Source: Perkinsus olseni (lineage: Eukaryota). From it: DNA of 39,054 nt. The stretch is taken from positions 1 through 39,054 of the forward strand of contig JABANN010000327.1 in assembly GCA_013115125.1 (NCBI GenBank), read 5' to 3'. The translations under genes and the position numbers were made by a program. The notes beneath the pieces are model-generated. The model had not been told where the DNA came from. It saw only the letters and a program-made list of their open reading frames with translations, and did no database searches. This document shows, in pieces, positions 11,011-20,657 of this stretch (its first letter is position 1; every line of letters starts with the position of its first letter).

Positions 11011-11364
11011 ATGTACATCGCCGCAACATTCTTCGTCATCATCGGCTCTGCCACCGGTGAAGTAGACTGGAGTGGCATTACTCTCGAGCCCTCACTGGAC
11101 TCGGCCGTCGCCGAGAGCCAGCAGGAGTGGAATGGTATCACCCTCGAGCCCACGGCTGCTCCGGCTGCTGCCGAAGGCCAGTTGAACTGGGCTGACATCA
11201 CCATTGAGCCACCGGCGAGTCTGACTGCCGGCGGGGACCAGCTGGACTGGAGTGGGGTCGATCTCGAAGACCCGGCGACCGCTCGGGCTGTTCTGGACTT
11301 GTGCAGCATTGTCCTTGGAGGTCCAGGGGTTTCGACAACGGGCATTCCTACCAAACAAGAGTAA
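11011..11364 (+). pseudogene. DWS-repeat protein, copy 3: exon 1 intact (5 repeats), intron interrupted by a LINE, TM exon not found
   Basis: MYIAATFFVIIGSATG followed by VDWSGITLEP, QEWNGITLEP, LNWADITIEP, LDWSGVDLED, LDLCSIVLGG. The phase-2 donor GA|GTAAGT at 11361 matches copy 1, and LINE sequence begins within ~70 nt. Confidence 0.75.
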
Positions 11365-11431
11365 GTACTCCATCTACAAGTTTTGTTTCGCGCCCCCTAA
11401 TTTGCGCACTTACAACTCCCCCCAATCGTTC

Positions 11432-12526
11432 ATGCCTTCCCCCCCATCCGTCGACGGCAGTGAATCGCCCCTCTCTTTCGACGAAGCGGATGCTATGTCT
11501 CTCCTTATGAGCGACATAGCCGAGCAGCTAAGGCAGTCTAAACTGTCTGGAGCCAAAACCAGTCAGATGCTGAAGCTGCTGGCCCAAGTCAGTTCGCATG
11601 TTGCGAAGCTGACTGATGAGAATAGAAGACTCAGCATGAAATTAATTAAGGTAATGGAGGAAAGCAAGTCTCTTGTCAGTCCTTCTGAAGCCGTCCCAGC
11701 TGGTGGCGTACAGCCCCCTGATGACGGAGTTGTTCCGGCTAGGAACAAAAATGTAATATTGCTTGGTCCTCGTCTCGGCGAGGATGAGAGAGGCTCTCCC
11801 ATTACGGAGCAGAGCTATAAAGATGTGCTTACTAGGATGAACCGCCGTCTTGATAGTAATGAGGACCCTATTAAAATCCGTGGAGTCTGGCGTACCAAGT
11901 TTGGCGTTGCCTATGATCTCCAGAACCGTGCGCAGTCGGCTAGGCTAAGAAGCCTTGCCGAAGAAGAGGGACTATTCTTCAAGATGGGTAGTAAGCTTAA
12001 TCCCGAGGTATCGATTCGACTTCCTGATGGTTCGACTGAAGGGGCTACTATTGACAGTGTAGGCGAGACGTTGCGTCGGTACAATGCTGACATCATAGGT
12101 GAAGATGGTTCTGGCTTGAAGGTCCGGCGTGTTGCCGGAAAGAATGTGTATGTTGAGCTATCCCCGGTGGCTTATCGTAATATGACTCGTCAAGGTGGTG
12201 GTCTCTTCTTTACGAATAGCTTCCTGAGGTGTCGTGACTATGTTTACATCAGGCAGTGCTTCAATTGTGGTGAAGTCCACAACTCGAGGATTCCGTATTG
12301 TGAACCTGGTGGTTCTCCGAAATGTACTGGCTGTGGTCGTGATGGTCATCTTCTGAGGAATTGTCCCAATAGGGACATTCCGCGGTCGGAGCGTTCATGT
12401 CTGGTATGTGGTATCCAGGGTCACTCATGCCTCTCGAAAGAGTGTCCTAAGCTGGCTGCCTTGATTGCAGCCAAGGAGAAGTTGGTGGACCGTGGTGGCG
12501 CCTCGCTGCCGCGGATGTCGCAATGA
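11432..12526 (+). CDS. LINE ORF1 (gag-like nucleic-acid chaperone)
   Basis: N-terminal coiled coil. C-terminal CFNCGEVH...C, CTGCGRDGHLLRNC and CLVCGIQGHSCLSKEC knuckles. First ATG of the frame is at 11432. Confidence 0.85.
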   Translation: MPSPPSVDGSESPLSFDEADAMSLLMSDIAEQLRQSKLSGAKTSQMLKLLAQVSSHVAKLTDENRRLSMKLIKVMEESKSLVSPSEAVPAGGVQPPDDGVVPARNKNVILLGPRLGEDERGSPITEQSYKDVLTRMNRRLDSNEDPIKIRGVWRTKFGVAYDLQNRAQSARLRSLAEEEGLFFKMGSKLNPEVSIRLPDGSTEGATIDSVGETLRRYNADIIGEDGSGLKVRRVAGKNVYVELSPVAYRNMTRQGGGLFFTNSFLRCRDYVYIRQCFNCGEVHNSRIPYCEPGGSPKCTGCGRDGHLLRNCPNRDIPRSERSCLVCGIQGHSCLSKECPKLAALIAAKEKLVDRGGASLPRMSQ

Positions 12527-14985
12527 CTGCTCTTTCCGGCGCCGGTTCCCCCGGCGGAGGTCATGACGGAATTGCTCATGACCCGAATTTGGGTCTCTCT
12601 AAACTACTTATCTGTCAATTCAATGCGAGCAAGTCTCTATTGGCTCTTGACGAGCTTCTGAGCTCTTTCAACACCAATGGCAGGCTGTGCCATGTTCTGC
12701 TCCTCCAGGAAATTCCCCGGAGGCTTCCGTCACGATACGAGGGCTATTCTGTACTAAGCTCGGATGACGATCCCAGGGCTGGTGTGCTGGTCCATGACTC
12801 TATACCATATACTGTACAATTGGTCGCGAGAAACATTGTGTCTATTAGTCTGAACTGCGGTACCTCTCTGACATCGGTATATCTCGCTCCTGATGGTGAC
12901 ATTAACGTTGACATAAGCTTACTTGAGACAGCTCCTTTGGGCATCATTTGCTGTGACACCAATGCGTCTTCTCTACTGTGGTGCAAAAGGCTTGGTCATC
13001 ATCGGTCAAGGTCTAGAGGCCAACGTATAGAGGAGTTTCTGAGCCTGAGCGATCACCTTGTCGTCAATGATCCAGATTGCCCGCCTACTTTCGTTTCTCG
13101 AAGCACCGGTTCTGCTAGCCATATCGATGTTACTTTGGCTTCGCTCAACTGCTCTGATATGGTATCTAATTGGGTGGTAGAGGATAATGTCGACACTGCC
13201 TCGGACCACGCTCCCATCACCTTTGACCTACTCGTTACTGAAAACCCTGCCACGGTCGTGATAAAGAAGATCAAGAACTACAGGAAGTCCGACCTGGTTA
13301 CGTTCGATGCGGCTGTAGGTGATGGGCTTTTGTCTCTTGGCACTCCTAAAAGGATTGCCTCTGCGGCCGAGCTGGAATCTGTCACTCGGGAATTGTCTGA
13401 TCTGATTGCTGGTGCTGTCGAAACATCCTCTCCTCTGGTCCGTGCGGTGGGCCCGAAGAGGAAACGATGGTGGTCTGGGAATCTTGAGCGGCTTAAAGTC
13501 GACTTCTATTCGGCCAGGCGGTTATTCCGCAAAGGCAGGTTGACTATCGAGGAATTGCATAGGAAGAAGAACGACTATTATCACGCTATCCGCGACGCCA
13601 AAAGAGACTGCTTCAAGGCAGACTTGGCCAGGATTGGGAAGGATGGTAGAGGTCTCAAGAAACTCCTTTCTAAGAAGGAGAAGAGCCCTGATCCACTCCA
13701 GGTAGGTTCGATTGATGCACTGGCAGATCACTTTTTAGGAAGTACGCGTCCCTGCTGTGGCCCCACATGGTACTCTAATCAAGATTGCACTAACCGTGAC
13801 GACTCCTTGAAGAACTTTCTCGATGGTATTAATGATAAAGCGGTTGTTAATGCTATCAAGGGCTTTGATGACTTCAAATCAGCCGGCCCTGATAATGTCA
13901 TGTACTATCACTGGAAGAGGGCTATCCTTCATCACGGCTTGGCCGAGCACATAGCTGAGATCTGTAAGGGCTGCCTCAGGACTTCAACTTTTCCATCGAT
14001 CCTCAAGGTCTCTCATACAATATTGATCCCCAAGAAGGGCAGGGCAGGCATGAGAGGGTTCCGGCCAATCACTCTGAGCAATACGCTCTCCAAGATTGTC
14101 GAGAAGGTTCTGCTGAACTCCTTCAGTCGAGTGTCTCATCCAGGCTGCGAATGGCAGCATGCCTACTCGTCGGGTAGAAACACTTCCACTTTTGTTAATG
14201 AGGTCATTGATGCGTACGGCAGAGGCAATGCCTCTAGGTCGTGCTCGCTTATTGTCTCCGCTGATATTAAGGGAGCGTTCGACGCCTGCTCTTGGAGATT
14301 GATCCACAAAGAGGCCTGTCGGGTATTTCCTCAGCCGATCGTAAACTTTGTCGACGATTATCTGTCTGGTCGAGTCGCTAATCTGGTCACCAGTGGTCCG
14401 TCTGCCTCGAGAGAACTGACTGCGGGCTTCCCTCAGGGATCTGTCCTTGGCCCTTACCTGTGGAAGCTGGCAACCGCGGGCATCTTGGAGGAGTTGAATG
14501 ATGTTTACGGTTATTTCTGCAAGGCTTATGCATATGCGGACGACTTCGTGGTGGTGGTACGGGGCATGGATAGCAAGGACCTTGTGGACAAGGCCCTGGT
14601 GAGTCTTGACATCTTGGAGTCGTGGGCCAAATCCTATGGCATGGACATCGAACCCACTAAAGTCGAGTTCCTGGTAAGGAACGGCCTCCTTGACGCCATT
14701 GATTATGAGAGACTGAACCGGGCTGGTTCTGCGTCGGACTGTATCCGCATGGTTGGAATCCTGCTGGATGCGAATCTATCCTTCGGCAGACATATTTCCC
14801 ACCAGTGCGCTAAGGCGAAGGTCATGGTATTGAGGGTCAAGACTTTTGCCAGGCTCAGCTACGGCCTTGGTGACGACGCTGTCATAGCTGCCTGGGAGCA
14901 ATTCGGGCTCTCTATTGCTACTTACGGCTCGGAAGTTTGGGGCCACAAGGCCCTCAATAGTGGCACCTATGCTATCCTAAGTTAG
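12523..14985 (+). CDS. LINE ORF2: apurinic-like endonuclease plus reverse transcriptase, C-terminally truncated
   Basis: APE motifs LLQE, SVY, DTNA, SHIDVT, SDH. RT motifs SAGPD, FRPITL, DIKGAFD, GFPQGSVLGP, YADD. Overlaps ORF1 by ATGA and ends shortly after YGSEVW. Confidence 0.95.
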   Translation: MTALSGAGSPGGGHDGIAHDPNLGLSKLLICQFNASKSLLALDELLSSFNTNGRLCHVLLLQEIPRRLPSRYEGYSVLSSDDDPRAGVLVHDSIPYTVQLVARNIVSISLNCGTSLTSVYLAPDGDINVDISLLETAPLGIICCDTNASSLLWCKRLGHHRSRSRGQRIEEFLSLSDHLVVNDPDCPPTFVSRSTGSASHIDVTLASLNCSDMVSNWVVEDNVDTASDHAPITFDLLVTENPATVVIKKIKNYRKSDLVTFDAAVGDGLLSLGTPKRIASAAELESVTRELSDLIAGAVETSSPLVRAVGPKRKRWWSGNLERLKVDFYSARRLFRKGRLTIEELHRKKNDYYHAIRDAKRDCFKADLARIGKDGRGLKKLLSKKEKSPDPLQVGSIDALADHFLGSTRPCCGPTWYSNQDCTNRDDSLKNFLDGINDKAVVNAIKGFDDFKSAGPDNVMYYHWKRAILHHGLAEHIAEICKGCLRTSTFPSILKVSHTILIPKKGRAGMRGFRPITLSNTLSKIVEKVLLNSFSRVSHPGCEWQHAYSSGRNTSTFVNEVIDAYGRGNASRSCSLIVSADIKGAFDACSWRLIHKEACRVFPQPIVNFVDDYLSGRVANLVTSGPSASRELTAGFPQGSVLGPYLWKLATAGILEELNDVYGYFCKAYAYADDFVVVVRGMDSKDLVDKALVSLDILESWAKSYGMDIEPTKVEFLVRNGLLDAIDYERLNRAGSASDCIRMVGILLDANLSFGRHISHQCAKAKVMVLRVKTFARLSYGLGDDAVIAAWEQFGLSIATYGSEVWGHKALNSGTYAILS

Positions 14986-15328
14986 GACAAGATATGTACA
15001 GAACCGTCCGCTCCCTGACGATGTTCCACCTCTGCGATCCCTTGAAATGCCCAACGATTCACATGCGGACAGTCTAGTTTTGCGGCCAGACTGGCATGGC
15101 TCATGCCCCGCAAATCGCCAACTATTACTATAATGGTGCCACCGGCTGCTCACTTCAGAGGAGGGACACTTCCCCGGGACACTTCAAAGTCATTGCCGTG
15201 AGATGCCGAAGACGACAGCATTGCTGTCACAACACCGTACCAGCGTCGACAAAAAATGCAAATTACCGATGCAAGTTACTGATAGAAATCCTGGGTTCGT
15301 GGTAAGCACCAGCTGACGACTATCGATC

Positions 15329-15426
15329 NNNNNNNNNNNNNNNNNNNNNNNNNNNNNNNNNNNNNNNNNNNNNNNNNNNNNNNNNNNNNNNNNNNNNNNN
15401 NNNNNNNNNNNNNNNNNNNNNNNNNN
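15329..15426. other. Assembly gap (Ns)
   Basis: Run of N. Confidence 1.
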
Positions 15427-15427
15427 A

Positions 15428-15504
15428 CCATCCATCCATCCATCCATCCATCCATCCATCCATCCATCCATCCATCCATCCATCCATCCATCCATCCATC
15501 CATC
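15428..15504 (+). repeat. (CCAT)n tetranucleotide microsatellite, ~19 visible units
   Basis: Perfect ccat array adjoining the gap. Confidence 0.95.
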
Positions 15505-16261
15505 ACATCAGTCAGCCATCCAATCAGACCATGTATCGTCTCATAACGTGACTCTCATCCACGGAGTGGCAGCTCGCTACTGGAAAGAGGCGCGAGTGGG
15601 TACCGGCATAGCGGAATCGGCGGCGTCAATACTGACTGTATTGACGCAGTATTACACTGTCGTTCTGTTGCCTACCAACTTGGCTGGTGATAACGTGCAT
15701 CTCCGAGGACCTCGGAGTTCGACGTTCTTCACCGTTCAGTATCCGACAGAACCCTAGCATTTCCGAGTTCTTCAACGAAGGAAAAGTGCCTTAGCCATTC
15801 CACGCTCCCCACGAAGCCTTCGTGACGAAGGTGAAATTTCGATACAAGGTCTCACGACACATAGGCCAACCCCTCCACTTATTACGGTAAGAAAACAATT
15901 GTGCTCCCTCCGAGACCTCGTAGTTACTTCAGCCACAACCGCCGTCCTCAATGATGGCACACAGAACATTAGGCAGAACCAGAACTGAGCTGTTTCTTGA
16001 AAATTTCGTATTACACGACTTGCGCTGATTCGGCGCGCGCCCACCTCAGATTATCATCCATTCCGAAGAACAGGAGGCTTATTCTTCTCATGAACTCACA
16101 TGGGACGCTCGTTACACGTTCTGAGTTGCGCTGAATGTGGTCAATGAAATCGTTCATTTGGGTGGCAGAGTTGATTATATATGTTGTTGTGCGTAACGCG
16201 CCTGCCATGTCTGGTGTAGCCCCGCCGTCCTCAGGCCGGAGTCGAGAACTCCGGTCGGCCA

Positions 16262-17259
16262 CTAGGAAGGACTCGATCCACTCATCGGTGTCGTCCTTGG
16301 GGGTAAGGCGGCATTGCTGCAGCAGCAGGTAGCCATTCTGCTTCTGCAGGCCGAGGACTCCTTCATAATGCTGAAGTCACCGCGTGCAGGACTGGCGTCC
16401 TTGGGCCACACAAACGACCAGGCTTTCTCTACCGTGAGGGCGGCCGCTGCTGCACAGCATGCTGGTGTTGGTGGAGGTTTTATCACTCTGCTGGAGGAGC
16501 TGATGGAGCTGAGCGACGTTCGGAGGCTGGAGCGGAGGCAAGGGTGGCTTGTGAAGGAAGGGTATGGGCATGATCATCATGCCCATATCCTTCCTTCACA
16601 AGCCATGATGCGTAGCCATGTAGCCATCATGCCATGATGCGTATCTCTACGTGCCCTAGCGGTAGTACGAAGGAAATTTACCGGTTATATCGCATGCAGT
16701 GGAAGTTCCACTGTGGAACGGCGACAGTGTGATAAACTCGTATTCGACACTACTCTCGGCACTCCCGCTCATCTGACTGAGGTCGTCAGTGGATCCTCCA
16801 GGCTACACTAACATGATAACATGACAGTCGGCTCGGCAAGGCCTGATTGACTGAAATTTTTGAGCCGTGGTGATGAGGCCGGCCTGTAGGTCGCCCTCTA
16901 TTAGCAGCACGCCGATGAAGGCTATCTCTCCTCCGTCGAAGAGCTCCCTCCCTCCCTCTTCTGCCAGGTCAACAGTGCCCTCTGCGCGCACGGTAGGGAC
17001 CCTGTTACTGCCGGGTGTCACTGGTCATTTCAGGCAAATGTTTCCATCAAGCATGACTACCCCCAACCGCCTCTTTCCAATAGATCGGCCCCATCAACTG
17101 CCCGAAGTTCCCGTAGATTGACTCTCTACAGCAGGCCGCTAGGGCTCAGATCTTCCAGTCTTGGTCCGACCACCGGTGGGACTTCCTAGCGCGCCAATCC
17201 TCCCGATCACTCAGCGAAGTGTCGGTAAATTGAGTGTAGTATATGTCTTGAATTCGCAT
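16262..17259 (-). CDS. Probable multi-exon hypothetical gene or gene remnant, divergent from the Hook gene
   Basis: Exon-like open segments (MRIQDIYYTQFTDTSLSDREDW; VPTVRAEGTVDLAEEGGRELFDGGEIAFIGVLLIEGDLQ; a Pro/Gln-rich block) separated by intron-sized spacers. No family recognised and the boundaries are uncertain. Confidence 0.3.
16545..16605. repeat. Palindrome, 30-bp arms (1 mismatch), 1-nt centre
   Basis: tggcttgtgaaggaagggtatgggcatgat-c-atcatgcccatatccttccttcacaagcca. Confidence 0.9.
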
Positions 17260-17352
17260 GCCAAAAAAAGAAAGAGAGCTTCTTGGGAAGGATCTGTTTG
17301 GCGGTAGTACTGAATTTAGTGACAAAGCATTCAGTTACAGTTTCTCGATGTT

Positions 17353-20278
17353 ATGAAAGCTCGCCGGCCCACGGACAGCGAAGCTCTCGTTACCTGGGCC
17401 CGAGGGGCACTGGAGTTGGGTCAAAGCTCCCGCTCGCCTGCTTCTGTGGAGAGAATCGATGATCTCGCTTCAACCAGTGTGGCTGCCAGATTGCTGGCCG
17501 ACATGTACTACCTTTGACCCTTCCGTGGTGCAATCGTGGGGGATTTGGTAGGGATCCGGAATATTTCAAAGCCTCTATGTCGGATGATGAGCTTAAGGCC
17601 GGTTTATCCCGGTTTTTTGAGGATGTAGTAAGCCACGGTTGCTTGGTGGGAGGCGACGGAGGGTGTGCTCAGGACTTCGGCAGCCCAGTGCCAGCGAAGA
17701 CTCTCGACCGAGCTCTCAAAGATCCAGAAAAGTTATACAGCTTGGTGCTTGTAGTGGCTGCTAAATGCCCACGTCATGAGGAGTAGTGAGGGAAGCGGGT
17801 TTGGTCCCGGACTTGGGAGTTATCCCGAGGATTCTGTGCAAGCATCCGTTCGCATCGGAGCTTCCAATATTTGGGAGAGCTCTGGAAGAAGGGTGGCGCA
17901 GGTACATCACCCACATGATGAGCCTGTCCGAGTCGGTGCAGGGACACATTCGGCAGCGTATCACTTGGGCATCCCAGCTTTGCGGTGAGTCAACAAGTTC
18001 AAAAGACGCGGTCAGTCCATCTCTCGGAGCAGATGGTAGTGGTCCTAGTACTGGATCGGAGGACTCCGATGGGGAGCTTCGCTATAAGAAACGGCATCAC
18101 AAGAAGTAGGGCATTCTCCGTCGTTGACCTTACGGATCGATGTAGGAGTCTAACAGGGAGCCCTGAGGGCCCTCATGATGAAGGAGAGCATATGGACACA
18201 GCTTCTTCTGTGAAGTCCAAGGAAAATCGCCGTTGGTGAGGTACTTCAGGGGCGTTAAGTACATACTGTGGCGAGTCCAGGCCTCGGTCTGGGGAGCTGA
18301 AAGCGGCCATGTCCGCCAACGCAGCTGCAGCGACTAGCGCATCGCTCTCACAGCACTTTATTACCTCTCTCCAGGAGGAAGTGGAACGACTGCAAGTACG
18401 TACGGTGCGAGTCGGGTACCGCAAGGACGAACTTGTCAGGGCGAAAAAAGTCGACTTGAAGGGGCCCTAGCTGACGCTCGGAATGAACTTCAGAAGGGAC
18501 ATCAGGCTCTCTTGGACACTAGTCAGCATAATGAGGAGAAAGTGAGGCTGGTGGCAAGGTGGGGTGAGATGAGTTTATAGGGTTTGGAGAGAGAGGAAGA
18601 GTTCGAGCGCCAGTTGACTAAAGTGACCGGGGAGAAGGCAGCACTGGAGCGACGAATAGCTGAGGAGAAGACTAAACATGAGGAAGAGACTACTGGGTTG
18701 CGCAAGCAGCTGGAGGGGAAGACGGAGACTGCGGCCATGGTACTGATCTAACTTTTCCGCTTCAAAGCCATTCGTCCTAACTGGGCGGCATATCAGAACT
18801 GTTCTAGTTACCCTCGGCCTCTGTTAGTTGCCCTTGGTTTGGACGTGTTCTAGCTGTGGGGAAGCACGGCCTTCGATGTGTCCTTCTGAGGGTTACATCA
18901 GGTACCCGGTTTAGAGAGAACCGTTAAAACACTAAGGGAGCAAGTGGCTGAGATGGACTCACTAAAAGAGCGCAACCGGAGTCTTACAAAGAGAGTCGCG
19001 GACTTCGAGCAGCTTGTTGCCTGTAAGATAGTCGTCGAGTAAATGCTTGCCCTCAACCGGGCGTGGTAGGCGCGTCAGCGGGTGAGAGCGACAAGTTGGC
19101 ATTGGAGACGCTGAAACAGGAGAATAGGAGCCTCAAGTCGGAGTTAGCTGAGATGAGGGCCTTGAAGCAGTCTTTGCAGGAGGACAACGACGCCACCGCT
19201 GGGAAATTGGGTATGCATTCGTCACTAGGACACCTATATTGATCCAAGTGGTTGGTAGTGGCGGTCCGAGAGGAATTGGCTAGAACGAAGGAAGACTTGA
19301 TAGCCGCCAGGGCCTCCATGTCTGAGAGTGTGGCGACTCTTGAAGGAGTGTCAGAGGCTGCTTCGAGGGAGGTGAGAACAGCTAGGATTTCATTCTTGAG
19401 TGCTTGGCTTGCTCAGGTATTAACTCGGCTGGAACGAGAGAACGAGACACTCCGTGAGTTTGCTGAGGCCAAGGAGCCGGGGTCGTCCATGCTGGTGACG
19501 AGAATAGGAAATTTACAGGAGGAAAATGACAGGTTGAGCGATGCTCTTGGGAAGGCGTTGAATCAAGTGAGGAGGGATCGAGATCGAATGGTATGGTTGG
19601 TATTTAGCGTGTCAGGTGAGGCAGTTGGAGGAATCAGCGCAGAAGGTTGATGTTGCGGCAGAGAGCATGAGTTCGGCGAGAGTGGAGAAGCTTACTGATG
19701 AGCTCCTGGCAGCCAAGGATACTAACTATACTCTTAAGGCTGAGCTGCATAGTATGCAGACTCAACTGGCCGTTAAGGAGAAGGAGCTCGAGGTTAGCTG
19801 GCCTGCCACTCGGAGCGGAATGATAAATACTGTGGTAGTTGGCCACGGCGAGAGGGGACGGAGGAGATCCCGCTGTGGATGAGCGCGTGCGGGAGCTGGA
19901 GGCTCAGAATCAGGCGCTGGTCGAGCTCATGCAGACTTTGAAGGAACAGGTCGTTAGCAAGGATGGACCGTAGGGTTGAAGGAGTTCTTCAGATTATTAT
20001 AAGGGAAGAAGAGACGCAGATCTACAGGCAGCAACGACATGAGGAATCAGAGAGTCAGAGGAAGGAAGAGAGGCTATTAGTCACTGCCCTGTACGAGCTC
20101 GGTTTAAGGTAACTTTTCCTGTAGAGGGCTGCATACACGGCTGGGCTGCAGGTACCACTACTTGCGGCTAACCCCATGCCAACGGTGTGGCGAGTTGGCC
20201 ATTACAGACTCCTGTGTGACCAGTAGCCGTGGAAGCAGCAGTCGGAGCAGTTCAGGACAGTACTCTACGTCACATTAA
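17353..20278 (+). CDS. HOOK: Hook-family microtubule/dynein cargo adaptor (multi-exon, long coiled coil)
   Basis: N-terminal EALVTWA and LVLVVAAKCPRHEE|YITHMMSLSESVQGHI resemble the Hook domain. Long E/K/L-rich coiled-coil exons follow. C-terminal REEERLLVTALYELGLR|YH resembles the Hook EEKLIVxAWYxLG motif. Stop TAA at 20276-20278. The start codon is tentative. Confidence 0.7.
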
Positions 20279-20657
20279 GCATGTACCTTTCTGTACTGTT
20301 CGAGCGTTGAGTTGAGGGGTACCATATTTCAATTCAGCAACGCTCTTGAGGAAGTAACGAAGTTTGCCCTTACCGAATTCGCCGTTTCAAAACGACCTTC
20401 GTTACTGTCCTATCGCCAACAACAGGAAAGCTCATTTACCCAGTCTGTTCCTAACCGAGAGGCAGCCGTTAGTTTCCAATAAACTCTGTGACCTTCGGGG
20501 CAACGAGACCATTCACATCGGGGGATCGATCAGCGAATCATGCCGTAGTCGTCTAATGGTAGCGTTCGATGAGCGGAGCGATTGAGACGGGAATCCTCAA
20601 GCGTAACAGCAAAGCGATTCGGCCGCATCAACTATGAACACAAGTATGGAAGGGAGA

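Larger units (their letters stand above)
11375..14985 (+). mobile_element. Non-LTR retrotransposon (LINE, APE-type, R1/I-group-like), two ORFs, 3' end missing
   Basis: Gag-like ORF1 with zinc knuckles plus an APE-RT ORF2, both intronless in an intron-rich region. No poly(A) or target-site duplication seen. The 5' boundary is approximate. Confidence 0.9.

Noticed and set aside
11252-11431. N-terminal part of the 424-aa ORF
   Set aside because: It overlaps DWS copy-3 exon 1 in another frame and starts at GTG. LINE ORF1 more plausibly starts at ATG11432.
15190-15506. MDGW-repeat ORFs; possible telomeric repeat
   Set aside because: These are translations of the (CCAT)n microsatellite. It is internal and not a TTAGGG/TTTAGGG-type repeat.
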